A model generated the notes under the pieces. That model did no database searches and was not told the DNA's origin. It was given only the letters and a program-made list of their open reading frames with translations. DNA of 64,000 nt from the human T2T-CHM13v2.0 reference genome, Homo sapiens. Each line of letters opens with the position of its first letter. The stretch's first letter is position 1. The stretch lies in NCBI RefSeq assembly GCF_009914755.1, contig NC_060926.1; one strand, 5' to 3'. Below, piece after piece: positions 13,263-27,020 of this stretch. Position numbers and translations under genes: made by a program.

Positions 13263-13520
13263 GTGATGTAGAGAAAAGGATATAGATGAGAGAGCAGGAG
13301 ATATACTTTGATTATCATCATGACTTCAACTTGGCCAGCTCGGTGACTTTAGAACAAATGACTTAATTTATCTAGCCTTCAGTTTCTTCATCTACACGGT
13401 GAGGATAATAACACCAACTTCACATGATTGTTTTTAGAATTAAGCATGAAACTTTAAAAAATCTTTATAAAAACATATAGCTCATTGAAGCACTTCAATA
13501 AATGACAGCACGTTATTGAT
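13263..13520 (+). mobile_element. MIR, near full length
   Basis: gtgactttagaacaaatgacttaa...cagtttcttcatct...gaggataataac; cacttcaataaatg end. Confidence 0.8.
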
Positions 13521-13532
13521 TTTATCCTCATA

Positions 13533-13859
13533 TCAGCGCTTCTCAAACTTGAGAACCCTCAACGTACCCACCCCCAAAACGTATCTGTGGATTCCAATGT
13601 AAGAAGTACTTCATTAAATAGTTCAATGTAAAAGTGGTTACTGTAGATGATCATTTCGTATCTTATAACCGTAAATGCTAATCAGACTTAAGCAATGAAA
13701 CTCGGTGGCAAAACAAGGTCACTAAGTATTTATCTAGATAATCCAGAATAGAATTTTATTTTTAGATTCTCAACAAAAACAAAATATTTTAAAACTGTCA
13801 TAAAAAAACTTTATGGAGTCACAAGAATATACCAACAGATCCTCATTACGGAAACACTG
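13533..13859. mobile_element. Probable old hAT-Charlie MITE
   Basis: Charlie-like termini cagcgcttctcaaactt and cggaaacactg; interior not assignable. Confidence 0.4.
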
Positions 13860-15524
13860 TAGTGTATCATACTTGTACACGTGCTTTATTCTCTGCTAGA
13901 CAGATTGTCTTTGGAAAGGCTACATTTTTGGGGTCTCTGTTTCTTCTCCATGGATTCTTCTGCAGAGTGGAATGTCATATTGAGGACTGGAGGGCTAGTT
14001 AACTAAACAGATAAATACTGACCTTTTGATGAATTCAGAAGTATAGGCTTTAAGTGGTGACTTACGTGTATGTTCAGCCAATTTACCACTGCATTAAAAG
14101 CCCCTTCTTGATATTTTATTCATTTCATCTCTGCTAGGTAGGAAACGTGTTATGTGGCTTTGGTCATGGTATACTGGACATCTCACCTGGCTGGCGTGTA
14201 CTGAGTCAACCACATTTTCTCTCGCAGGATACAGAAATTGTTGTTAGTCTCTGGTGGGTGCTTAAAATGAAAGTTGTTCTCTGGCTCCCACAGGGCATCT
14301 GAATTCTGCTGGGAAAAGCAGAGAAAACTGTCTGCAGAGGGTAATAGTAATGCAGTAGTTACTGAATATAAGTATGGAGAAATTGCAAAGTAACATTATG
14401 ACCTGGCTTTCTACTTTTTGATAGAGTCCCTTATGGGAATAAAGTGGTCATAACTTCTATTGTTGTTTAAGGGAATTTGAAGCAATTTTTTGTTACAACC
14501 AAATAATCAAATTCAGACACCTGGGTCAAAATTGGAACTGGACTATACCTGTCAAGAGAGTTGCTTGGAATAGTGAGAAACACCTGTGGGCAGTGTAAAT
14601 TTTAGAGCAGGTGGTATGCATAGTGCTGCATCTTCACGGAGGAAGCTAATGGAGAGTGAGTGGGAATGGTAGACAGGTAAGAGAAAGGACCACTGATTGG
14701 CTGAGTGGCCATCAAAACACTTGGAGAAATTGTCTAATGAAATTTTTACTCAGTCATAGTATACAGTCTGTACCCTCACTTTCCTTTTCCCATGAAATGC
14801 TTGGAAAAGTTATAATATTTACTAAATTTTGGAATGTCTTATATTTTTAAAATAATGAATATGCAGGACAAATAAGTTAGAGGGTGAGGTTGAAGCCTGG
14901 TTTGACTAAATGTAGCAATGGGGCCCAGAGTTGGGTTTCAAATATCCTAGGCTGTTGCTTCAGTTTTCATTTGAAGAAAGGGTTTTGCTGATAACATTTT
15001 TTTCATGAAACCAGTATAGAAAGAGCCTTGGATGAGGAATTAAAAGATATGGATTAACATCCACGATGCCTCACCTCTTTGTTGCATCTCAGGTTATGTT
15101 ACTGATAGAATAATCCTGAAAAATATTAGAAGGTTTTTATAAAGCCTGAATATTATTTTTAAAAAGATGAAAGCAGTTTGTAAACTGTAAAAGACTAAAG
15201 AGGGAAATGATGACATTATTTCATTATTACCTCATTGTTTATTTCATCATTACCTCTTATTGTTTAAGAAGTAAAAGATAACATCAGCAGTTTATTTCCA
15301 TTAGGGATTCAATCAAAAAGTAGAAAGCCAGGGCACAATGTTACTTTGCAATTTCTCTACATTCAAAGACTAAAGAGGTAAAAGATGACACTGTTTAGGC
15401 TTACAATTTAGATTTGAGCTGTTTTGTTTATTTTTACAATGCATATCTCAGTAACATAGGAGGAATTTATAAGTTGTTGAATGAGTGAATCTAGGCTTCA
15501 AGGTCACATATATGTTATTACATA

Positions 15525-16010
15525 CAGTCTGCCCTCTGTATCTGTGGGTTCTGCATCTGTAGATTTAACCAAGATTGAAAATACTTGGAAAAAAAGAACA
15601 GTAAAAAATAACAATACAATAATAAAGTATAACAACTACTTACGTCGCATTTAGATTGTATTAGGTATTATAAGTAATATAGATGTAATTTAAAGAGTAC
15701 AGGATACAATAAATTAGCCAGGTGTGGTGGTGTGTGCCTGTAATCCCAGCTACTCGGGAGGCTGAGGCAGGAGAATCGTGAACCCGGGAGGGGGAGGTTG
15801 CAGTGAGCCAATTTGGTGTCATTGCACTCCAGCCCAGGCAACAGTGCAAGACTCCATCTCAAAAAAAAAAAAAAAAAAAAAAGTACACGAAACTGTGTGT
15901 AGGTTCTATGCAAATCCTATGCCATTTTATACAAGGTACCTAGCATCTGTGAGTTTTGGTATCCATAGGGGTCCTGGAACCAATTCCCAGGAGATACAGA
16001 GGGACAACTG
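15525..16010 (-). mobile_element. MER2 (Tigger-type MITE) interrupted by an Alu
   Basis: TA-cagtctgccctctgtatctgtggg ... tcctggaaccaattccc...gagggacaactg. Confidence 0.88.
15704..15882 (+). mobile_element. 5'-truncated Alu (linker and right arm)
   Basis: aaattagccaggtgtggtgg...ccatctc plus A tail; imperfect TSD aagagtacagga/aaaagtacacga. Confidence 0.9.
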
Positions 16011-16908
16011 GACATATAAATAAGTCAATCTCAAAGTATTCATTGACAAAGAGTATACAAACTGTCCTTGTCTACTGTGGAACAAAGGACAGAAAATAGC
16101 AACAGAAATGATATAGGTTAGAGTCACATCTGAGAGTTCAAATGATACTTGACAGTAGAATGGTAGCAGAGAAAGAAGGGATATCCCTTCTCTAGAAGAG
16201 ATTCTGTTCTCCTTGGAGCAATTTAAGGCTAATCTTGATGCACTTGAAAATCTCTCAACATGTTTTTTTCTATCCCTTTAATTTTAGGATTGAAAGGAAC
16301 CCAAAATCTTCTTTACTGCTGGGATAGACATTGATGTCTTCTGAATGGGTTTAGGTAACACTGATGCAGTAGAAAGTGTCCAACAAACACAGTGCAGTAT
16401 ATGAGTAGTTTGGTTGGTTTCTCAGTGGGCTACTTTAAGTAAATTTATTGAAGCATTTTTGATGTATAATTCTATAAGGCGTAAAACAATTTATGGGCCT
16501 TTTTACCTCCAGTGAATCACCCTGAGGGCATATGGCAGGTTCCTCTGGGCCTTTTGATGTAACAAAGGGAGATTGTGACTTACTGCTCTTGTGACTAATT
16601 TCATGTAGGTTGCTTTTGTTTATGGACAAACATAAATGAATCACCACATACATTTCAATGGCTTTACAGAAATATATAAACAATACATTTCAGTTTCTGA
16701 CTGTGACAGCTTCCAAAATGATGATAACATACAGACTGGAAGATATGGCAACTCTACAACTTCCTTTCATAGTCTTCCTGGCCAGATGATTCTTACTCTT
16801 AGAATTACCTTTAGACTGGGCAAGGCAGACCCCTGTTCCAGGTCCTGCACTTTATGAGGCCTCATGTATCACACAAAAACACAGAGATTACATTTGTTAA
16901 ATAACGTG

Positions 16909-17713
16909 ATATTATATCACCTTGTACCTGTTAGACTATTACAGTGAAGATGAAAGATAACAAATGTTGGAGAGGATGTGAAGAGAACCCTTGGATACTG
17001 TTGATGGAAATGCAAATTAGTAGAGTCATTATGGAAAATGATATTGAGGTTCCTAAAATTATTAAAAATAGAATTACCATATGATCTGGCAATTCCACTA
17101 CTGGGTATATATCCAAAAGATATGACATAAGTATGTCAAAGATGTATCTACACTCCTGTGTTTATTGCAGCATTATTCACAATCGCCAAGATACAGAATC
17201 AACCTGAGTGCATCAGTGAATGAATGGATAAAGAAAATGTGATATACATACACAATGGAATACTATTCGGCCTTAAAAAAGAAGGCAATCCTGTTATTTG
17301 CAACAACGTGGAGGAACCTGGAAAACATCACATTAAGCACAGAAAGACCAACTACTGTATGATCTCACTTACCTGTGGAGTCTCAAAAGGTTTATCTCAT
17401 AGAAGTAGAGAATAGAATGGTGGTTACCAGGAACTATGGGTTAGGGAGCTTGAAGAGATATTTGTCCAAAGAGACAAAATTTCAGTTAGATAGGAGGAAG
17501 AGTTTCAAGATACCTGTTGTATAGCGTGGTCACTATACCTAATAACAGCATGTTATATTCTTGAGAATGACTAAGAGAAGATTTCATATTCTCACCACAA
17601 AAAATAAGTATGTGAAGTAATGCATTAATTAATTAGCTTGACTTCATTATTCCACTATGTACGTTTCAAAACGTGTTGGACATGATAAATATATGCAATT
17701 TTTATTAACTTTT
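16909..17713 (+). mobile_element. L1MA 3' end, 5'-truncated
   Basis: ORF2 C-terminal remnant (gaattaccatatgatctggcaattccactactggg) and L1MA-type 3'UTR; probable TSD ttaaa(t/g)aacgtg at 16897-16908 and 17714-17725. Confidence 0.9.
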
Positions 17714-17999
17714 TTAAAGAACGTGTGTTTACTTCTGTCACTTGGGATCCAGAACTTAGCACTGGCACAGTATAATCTGAAACCATGAACATTCATTCTC
17801 ATGATTAACACTGTTCAGGCCTCAGAGAAAGCACTTCTCTATGTCTTGCCCTGTGTTTTCAAAACAAAAGGCAATTATGTCCAAATGCTATAAAAGTTTG
17901 TGAGTTGTGCTGCTGCCAGTGTCACAGATGGATAGTGCTTTGAAATGAGAGACGATCTGAGTGGCAAAAGCACATAGATTTTTTAAAAGGCAAATAATT

Positions 18000-18515
18000 T
18001 GTATCAATTTAGGTTTGGTTAGGACCACTTTAGGTGTTATGAAAAAAGGACATTTATTAAAGGAATTAGGGTTAACACAATATGGGGAAGAGCTGAGAGA
18101 GTGAACACTGGAAAATCTTCAACTGGAGGGTCAGGGAAATGGTCACTAATAGTTACGCTGAAGCAATAAAACACATGATTTCTAAAAGGTTATTAGGAAA
18201 CTTCTGCAATATCAGTATCTCTGGGAATCTTCCTACCAACTGTCAGGCTACCACAGAAATGTGAGTGCCTCTGAATTGCCTGGGAAGCCACAGTGCATCC
18301 TCATCTGCCCATAATTCTAGACACCATGAACTCCTAAGAATAATGATCTCCCCTCCATTCTGCCTGCAAAGTACCACAGGAGTTTTTCTAATTGAAAAAC
18401 TATAACTCAGAACTATACAAAGTTGTGGATCCTGGAAAATGTAGTTCCTGACTACTCTGCAAGATGAGGCAGAGAGAAGGGGTGATGGTGAGTTGACAGC
18501 AGAGAACTGAACACA
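18000..18515 (-). mobile_element. ERVL 3' LTR (LTR41/LTR52-like)
   Basis: Minus strand TGTG...ggaactacattttccagga...aattgataCA, preceded by the polypurine tract aaaggagtg (18519-18527). Confidence 0.7.
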
Positions 18516-18900
18516 ATGCACTCCTTTGTCAACTCAGCAACCGTGCATGACACTTCTCCCTATATTTAATTTCGGAATAAAGGCAAATACAACATCTTGC
18601 TTCCAACTAATACTATGCAATTAACCTTAATTCAAGTGTACACATTCTTTTTCCCAAAAGGCAAAATGCCAAAGCTCAGATGTCACTTTATTCATCTCAG
18701 ATAGTTCATGATTTCAATATTGAAATATAGAGTTGACTACTTTGAGCATATTTTATACTTGGTGGTATGAGGATGGAGGTGGAGGTTAATTTATGCAAAT
18801 ATGTACCTATCAAAGAATAAAGAAAATTACTAGCTTTTTTTTTTTTTTTACTAGCAATTTGTCACATGGCTGTTGTTGGTATTTATGGTATGAAAATACC

Positions 18901-18953
18901 AAATTGTCTTCCATGAAATGGGTCCTTGGTGCCAAAAAGGTTGGGGACCGCTG
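18901..18953 (-). mobile_element. MER1B terminal fragment (inverted copy)
   Basis: tggtgccaaaaaggttggggaccgctg terminus. Confidence 0.85.
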
Positions 18954-19021
18954 GCCTAGGGCAAAAAGATTCTGGATACCCTCTCCCATTACCCAGTGCA
19001 TAATTGTTTTTTGCCCTAAAC

Positions 19022-19365
19022 CAGTGGTCCTCAACCTTTTTGGCACCAAGTACTGGTTTTGTGGAAAACAGTTTTCCCGTGAACTTGTGGGGCAGGGGAA
19101 GGGATGGTTTCTGGATGGAACTGTTCCACCTCAGATCATCAGGCATTAGATTCTCATTAGGACCACACAACCTAGTTCCCTCACGTGCGCAGTTCACAAT
19201 AGGGTTCCCACTTCTATGAGAATCTAATGCTACTGCAGATTTGACAGGAGACAGAACTCAGGTAGTAAAGCTTGCCCAGATGCCACTTACCTCCTGCTGT
19301 GCACCCCAGCTCCTAACAGCCACTGACTCAATACTGGTCTATGGCCTGGGGACTGGGCATCCCCG
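19022..19365 (+). mobile_element. MER1B (hAT-Charlie3 MITE)
   Basis: cagtggtcctcaacctttttggcacc...actgttccacctcagatcatcaggcattagattctcat...; degenerate TSD ccctaaac/ccctctgc. Confidence 0.92.
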
Positions 19366-20734
19366 CCCTCTGCAAGTACATCAGGTAGTCATAGTTTGCC
19401 TAGTGGGAACTCAGAACTTGTGCCTATGTTGCTAACAAGTTGCTCTCTCAGCAACGCTTGTAGCCATATCAGCCATGGTGAATGAAAATGCATGTTTCTG
19501 AGCCTACACTTACTCTCCACAACTCTGGCCATGGTTGATACACACAGAATAGAATATTTTGTCCATCTCATTGAGGAGCCTGTTCTGCTGTGTTTACCCT
19601 GCTAGAGTTACATGAGACACAAATATCGCTCACATTTTGTGCTCATTCTGATTCATCCACATCTTTTCACAGTTTTTCCAATTTTTCCATGTAGCTTTTT
19701 AAAAATCCCCAGCCATTCAGCTAAGTTGTTAACAACTGCCCACAAATAAGTGGAGATTCATCACTCATCTTCACTCTTCTTTCAGACAAAGCAGATAACT
19801 GCTCAAAGGTCTACCGGCAAGAAGGATATCCTTTAAAAAGTTCCCCTTCAAGACTCCTGCTACCATCCATTTGAGTGGTTTTACATTACCTTCTAGAACC
19901 GTTTATAAGCCATGCCCAACTGTTTTTCCCCTTCCAGTGAAGAGAAGATTCCCTGAGGCCATAATGTGAGGTGAGGAAGAAGAGGTATTGCAATAGGAGT
20001 AGACAACAGAGGAGTTTAAATCACTTGCGCATGCAACTGAGGTATCTTCAGGACCCAGTCTCAAATACAGCACTTCTGCTTGCTAATCTATTGCTGTCAC
20101 CCACTTCAATCTTTATGGCTTTGTAGTTCAGAGAGTGCTCAACTTATGATGAGCAGTTCAGGTTACATAGTAACTCTGTGGCTTATGCCATGTATTCTGG
20201 GCCCAGTGTATAGCAGAAGCTGTAATTCAAAAGGAGAATGGGTTTATGCAGAAAAGGGTATGATTTACGCCAGAATCCCAGGGGTCTGCATGGTAATTTA
20301 TCTTTAGGGTCTTGCCGAAGGCTCATACACATCTCTGTCAGATACCTCTTGTACTGGAGCACTGTATCATATGGCACAAATGGCTGAGCAGCTTGCAGAG
20401 CAATGTGGACCTGTCACAGAGCCTTTTCTTTCCTTACTCTGGATTAAAAACTAGAAATCTTACAAGTTGTTTGATCAATGTATCCCAGAAGCCTTCATGC
20501 CCAACTCTGACATATGTTGCCTTCAAAGCTGAAAGAGGCCACAGGCATTGTGCTTCTTTCTTGGTGGTGGTGGGTACCAGATATACCAGCTGTCTCTTCA
20601 CCTCTGAGCTGATACATTGACATGCCTAAACCACTAAAAGGATGGAAACTTTATCGAAGCTACAGTATCCTGATTTATTGAGGGGTTTATTTCACATGCT
20701 TTGTCATACATGTGTGCAATCAAAGTGTCTAGCA

Positions 20735-20950
20735 AGGGATTGGATAAATTTTTCTGTAAAGGGCCATTTAGTAAATATTTTAGGCTTTATAGATCACAAA
20801 CAATCTCTGTCTCTTCTTTTTCACCTTCCTCCTCCTCTTGTGCCCTCTCTTTCTCCTTCTCCTTTTCCTCCCTTTCTTCTTCCAACCCTTTAAAAATGTA
20901 AAAATCATTCTTAGCTAATGAGCTGTGCAAAATTAGGGTAGTTTGTAGAG
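20735..20950. mobile_element. MER58B/C-like hAT MITE with CT-rich tract
   Basis: tttttctgtaaagggccatttagtaaatattttaggcttt...tttaaaaatgtaaaaatcattcttagct. Confidence 0.7.
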
Positions 20951-21123
20951 CTTTACTTTGGGGCAATATTTTTCAAATTATCTGTGGTATGTAATTTTTA
21001 AAAAATTTTAAAATTTTCAACCCATCCAGACTGCCACTTTTGTAAAATACAATAAAAATGAGGAAAAATAAAATTATAAAGAAGTACAAAATACAAGTTT
21101 AAATTTTAGAATATTAACAAGTG

Positions 21124-21464
<341 letters not shown>

Positions 21465-22242
21465 TTAACAGACATAAAGTTATGCTGTCAAATTGCTGTA
21501 AAATTTCTAAATGCTTAATCTGAATTTCAGTACTTAATTCATTGCAGATTAATGACAAATAACCTTTAAATCCCCACCAGTATGGAGATTACGCTTTGCC
21601 TAATACTGATCTAGAGTATTTGTTACTTTCTGCTCACCAAGGCAATCAACATTTAATGGACTGCTGTCATGGTCAGTGGAATGGCCAGATTATTAAGATC
21701 CTTATACCCTAGATTAAAACAATAGTCTGGAAAGTTAATATATTCCTGAAAGAAGGGAGAAGAGGCGTATTGCTGCCCCTTCCTTTGTTTAAAAAAAGAA
21801 AAGATACAGAGGTGGAAAGGGAGAGGGAGAAAGATAATTCACAGATCAGCAGTTGCGTATCAGGTAGTAGAGTTTTTGTTGATTTTCTGGAGTAGCAGCT
21901 GTTAATTGGAGTCACTCCTCAATTAATTTATGACATTTTCCTGTAATTCTCCAAGATTCGTCTGGCTGAATAGGTGAGTTCAATGGGTATGTGAAACAAA
22001 TAACTGTTGCTCTGTCTTGTAAATCCTTGTTGGTGGCCATAATCTCTATGGTCCCTTTGGCAACGCAGTTTTCCTTTTTGTTTTGCCACTCCTTGTCATG
22101 GACTGTGAGTGCCAATGGGGTCTTTGTAAGACAGAGTTATCGTTATCTTACAGCTGTACTGGGACACATCTGTTCTTATCTCTGGGAAATCTGGAAGTCT
22201 TGTATTGACACCTAAGCAAGATAATGATAGGTAGAGTAGTAA

Positions 22243-22670
22243 TGTTGAAAGTGCTATTAAAAGTTCAAAATTTCCTTGGTGGAAGCCAGAACCGACTTTT
22301 TTACATTTTTAAGGGGGTGCAAATTAATGAGTTACACCTGATTTAGCCAGTTACACCGGCTGGTTTTGGCTATGTGGTGAGTGGGGCACAGAAGACCCCA
22401 GGGGAATCCTTTGCCTGAGCTCTCCTGAAACACTAAGAATCCTCACACATATCTTGATGGCTTATAAGCCTGAAGTAAGGCTCGTCCTGTGCAATTGAGG
22501 AAGGAACCTGGAGAGCTCTGCCTGGAAGTCCTTCGAGCCTCTGGATCTTCCTGTGCTGGCTTTCTTCCCATCTACCATTCACTTTGCTTATATATACATT
22601 TGTGTGAATGTATTCTGAGGAATTTTGTGAGACCTTTCAGTTCTCTGACCATGTGTAATCATTGTAAGGT
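22243..22670 (+). mobile_element. LTR-like insertion, family uncertain
   Basis: Interrupts the ERVL interior; U5-like end attctgaggaattttgtgagacctttcagttctctgacc. Confidence 0.4.
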
Positions 22671-22672
22671 TC

Positions 22673-22974
<302 letters not shown>

Positions 22975-23071
22975 GGTCATTACTCTCTTCAAATTTAATC
23001 AATCAGAGAACCAATTCCAGATTCTTATTCTTAAGACTATTATCCCTAGAACACTTTCCATACCAACAAGG

Positions 23072-23220
23072 CATATCAGTTTGAGTTTTGTCAGGAATAT
23101 GGGAATAAAAGGGTTTAATAGGAGTTAGGGCTTCATAAATGTAGAAAGATTTTTGGGAATGAGGTTTGGAGAGGCTGTAGGCAGGAGGTCACAGTCACTG
23201 ACCACCATTGATGTGGGTGA
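23072..23220 (-). mobile_element. ERVL 5' LTR remnant
   Basis: catatcagtttgagttttgtcagga...ataggagttagggcttcataaat aligns with 18000-18100; adjacent to the leader/PBS region. Confidence 0.6.
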
Positions 23221-23229
23221 TATTAAAAA

Positions 23230-23405
23230 TGACTGCCATTTTCAGCATTTGTTGTGAAAATTCCCACTAGTAAGGAAAAAAGTAGCTATTTTTAATAATT
23301 TTGACTTAAAATGTTAATTGTTAACTCTTAAATATTCAGACATGTAGTATATGGGCCTGCAATCATATTCTTGCCTGGTCCCTGTAAGTACAAGGGGCAA
23401 GCCTC
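23230..23405 (-). mobile_element. hAT-Tip100 element (ORSL-like)
   Basis: taaatattcagacatgtagtatatgggcct...tcttgcctggtccctgtaagt...ggggcaagcct. Confidence 0.6.
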
Positions 23406-23944
23406 AGTTTTCTCATGTTTCCTTGACAGAGCCTTTGCTTTGTGGAAATCTTGGGTTCGTTTACTATGTATCCCCTGATGATCATATTTGACCAACTCAG
23501 ATTTTTCCTTCACTATCGTGGCGATCCGCTTTGTGCTTGTAGATGGTCTCCAGGGCTTTATGTTACCTCTAACATTGAGTCTTGAAGCCAGTATTATTAA
23601 GTTTGTATGAACTTAATAGACTGTCATGTAGTAAGTTTATTGTAGTATATTTGCAATTAGTGAAATAATTTCTTGGTAAATATGGGGAAGATTTTAGAGC
23701 TTATTTACCCCTATGGTTAAAGGAAGAATAATATATAATAATAAATGTTGTATGGCATTTTCTGGGAGTAGATGTTGAGCATTGTTAGACAAAGGGAGTG
23801 ATTTGGGGCTCTCCCCTTTTACCCGTACTGTTTAACCAAAACCAAAGATGATTTGTTTTTATTTTATTTGTTTATATTTCTTGGTAATATTTTGTTTTAA
23901 AGTAGCTGTTTGGAAGTTAAAAAATGTTTAAAATACACTAAACT

Positions 23945-24070
23945 AATGCAAGTCCTTATTTTATATTTGAGGAGATTGAGGTCCAGAAAAATAAATGAAC
24001 TTGCTTAAGTTTACATAATGAAATAATGATTGATCTGGGAGTAACGCCTAGGTCCCTGCAACCTGACTGT
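23945..24070 (-). mobile_element. MIR fragment
   Basis: attttatatttgaggagattgaggtccaga...aacttgcttaagtttaca. Confidence 0.7.
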
Positions 24071-26026
24071 GCCCTTTCCAGTTTTCTTACAAGTGCTCAG
24101 ATTGCAGAGATCAAAGAACTCTTGGAGCTCTTTAAAAAGAAACATGAAATGCCCTGCTAACTTGCTTTATTTAAATGCAAATAAAATTTCATGTCAATTA
24201 AATAATTTGTTACATTCTAGAATATATGAACATAAGCTGATGTTAGAAACACACACACACGCACACACGCACAGAGAAAAATAACTTGAAATTTAAAACA
24301 TCAATATTTTCCCACATGCTTGTTTCCTTCAAGTTGGGAAAATGCTGTGTTAATGGTAGAGTACCTAAGTGTAACTGGAGAAATATCACTATTATCTGAA
24401 TGCAGATGCAGAATTTGAGAACCTTATCCCACTTCATGCCATTTTTCACCCACAATTCCTAAGGCTCTGATTAAACGAAATTATAGCTAGTGTTTTATAT
24501 ATTTAAAATTGGCATCTATTTCATGCAATTGAAAAACAATTTCCTTAATCTCTCTCAGAAAGCTTAAGGAAATTAAATTCTGGTCTCTGGTAAGAGATTT
24601 AAAATGCATTCCAAAAACATGTTCTTTAATGTCTCTGAGTTTGGTCTTCGGTTGAAAAGTGTAAAGATTCAGAGAACAGTATTCAAGTGATCTGAAAACG
24701 TCTTATGATTTTTTAAGCATGTTCTAATATAAGTCTAAATTTTCTCTTTGATAAATCACTTTTTGCTAATCTAAAAAGAAGATTAATGCATCACAAATAG
24801 TTCAATTATATGTTATGGAGTTGAGTGTCATAAACATTAATAGAAAATTATCCAAAGTATGAAGATAAAAAATGAACTCTTAGGTAAGCTGAATCAGGTG
24901 CTCTTAGATCAAATTGGACTCTAAAAAATCTTATTTAACCCCTCAAGGGCTGTTTACCAGATATTTCATTTACAGTTGGGATGTTATATGACAAGTACAT
25001 CCAATAGGGTGACAATCCATGAGGCGATTTGAAAGTTTGAGCATGTCTTTTCATTCTGCCTCTATAGTTGCTGAAATCTGTCTTTTGAATATTTCTGCTT
25101 TGAGGTTAAACAGTTTTAAAATATGGCAAAGCTGGTGAATAAAAATGTGATTTGTCATCATTGAGTATGGTGACAGTGTAGTCAGTCACCAATAAATGTT
25201 GAATATATTTATTCTATGTGCCAGATATCCAGGTGGTGATTCTGGAGGTGGAGATGTGAAAGGATATGGTTTTAGCTTGGGGTCTTCAGAATATGTGATG
25301 TAATGGATGAGGATGTGGGAGGTAATACTCACGATTATAGAGTTGCCCTAGGTGTTGCCAGACTAGAAATTGTTAATTGACTGGAATACAGTAGGTGGCT
25401 AAGAAAGATTTTAAAGTGACCGGCAGCTAAAAAGGAACCTTTCCAGGCAGAGAAAAGCAATGCATTAAGAGACAGTGAAGAAAGTGGTTCTTAGAAGAAT
25501 CTTTAGAGGTCTTTAAATCGGGACTTGAGATACTATGGAGAGTAATTAAGTAGAACTGCTTGGACCTGGGATTGGGACAAAAAGAACTTCATTTTCTTAG
25601 GGACCAAGGATCCTGAGGAAACTAATTCTGGTTTCAACAATGGGGAGGGTTAACTGTGGAGAATGAGAATGAAGAGTAATGCTAGATGTTGATCTACTGG
25701 AAGATAAAATGCAAACAACCCCTAAGATTTAGATTAATTTCCTAAAATAAAGAAGATGAACATTTGGCCTAGACACTCAGAATTTCTCACCTAACTGTTT
25801 ACAATTCTATTCTGAGTACATACTATGCCTTTTCTTACTATTACTGTTACATTTTTTGCCACTCTCAACATGTCTCTCTCCCTTCCCTAAATCTTTATTC
25901 TAAGTAAATTCTTATACAGCTTTACTGAGTATAAATAGGTCATAAAAATGAACTCAAAAGTTTATATAAACATATAAAAAAAGACTGAATATGGTAGTGA
26001 AGGAAAAGATAAATTGTATTAACACA

Positions 26027-26214
26027 TAGAATTGTCAGATTAAGCGAGTAAAAATACAGGAAACCAGTTACATTTGAATTTCAAATAAACTAAATATATT
26101 TTAATCTAGGTATTTCCCATGCAACATTTGGAAGATACTTATACTAAAAATGTATTTGTTGTTCATCTCAAATTTGTAATTAACTAGGTGTCTCATATTT
26201 TATCTGACAACCTA
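26027..26214 (+). mobile_element. MER53 (palindromic hAT MITE)
   Basis: ttgtcagattaagcgagtaaaaatacagga...tattttatctgacaaccta. Confidence 0.85.
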
Positions 26215-26794
26215 GTCCCAACTTCTTTCTGCAACTAAATTTCTTTCCATATCTTAATCCATTAGCTCCTTTATTCTGATTTCTTGGAAGATGTATAATT
26301 TTTTTGTAGAACTGATCCATTTATCTGTACTCTTGATTCCACTCTTTCCTATCTTTTCTGGGACCTTACTGTATCAGTCATTTTTTCCATTTTAAATTTT
26401 GTCTCCTCTCTCATGATATCCTCTTGTTTCCCTCCTACTGTCTTCATTAGCTCCTTTCTTGCTATAAAGTGTCTTTATTCAACACAATTTTCCTTCAAGG
26501 TTTTTCTTTCTCAAGCTACTTCCCTTACCTGCTAAGCAGTGGATCTCTACCTACTGATTTTTCTTCTTCACAATACTCTTGTATTTTAATTTTGTATTAA
26601 TGTCTCAGTGTCTAAGCAGTAATAAGTCTCAAGAGTGGAAAAAGGGTAGTCAGGAGTCAGGGTGGGGCGTGAGGATCAGTGTGTTATCTAGAAGCTTCTA
26701 AGAATGGCAATTTGAGAAAAGGCTAAATGACAGCCAAAGGAAGAAGTAAAATTTAAAGTGAAAAACAATCATCCAAATAATAAAAACAGGTTTC

Positions 26795-27020
26795 AATAAC
26801 ATTTCTTAACATTTACTGAAACCTTCTTTGGTCCAGGTGCTCTGCTAAGTATTTATATTCATAGTCCATTTAATCCTTTCAACAGCTATATGCAATTTTA
26901 TCACTGGTTCTTAGATTAAACAACTGAGGTTTTGTGGGGTTAAAAAAGAATACTTGCTCAAGATCACACAACTACTGAGTGATGAAGCAGGCATTTGAAT
27001 ATATAGGTTTTCTCTAAAAC
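26795..27020 (-). mobile_element. MIR
   Basis: aacatttactga...ccaggtgctctgctaagt...catttaatcctttcaacag...actgagg...acttgctcaagatcacaca. Confidence 0.85.
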
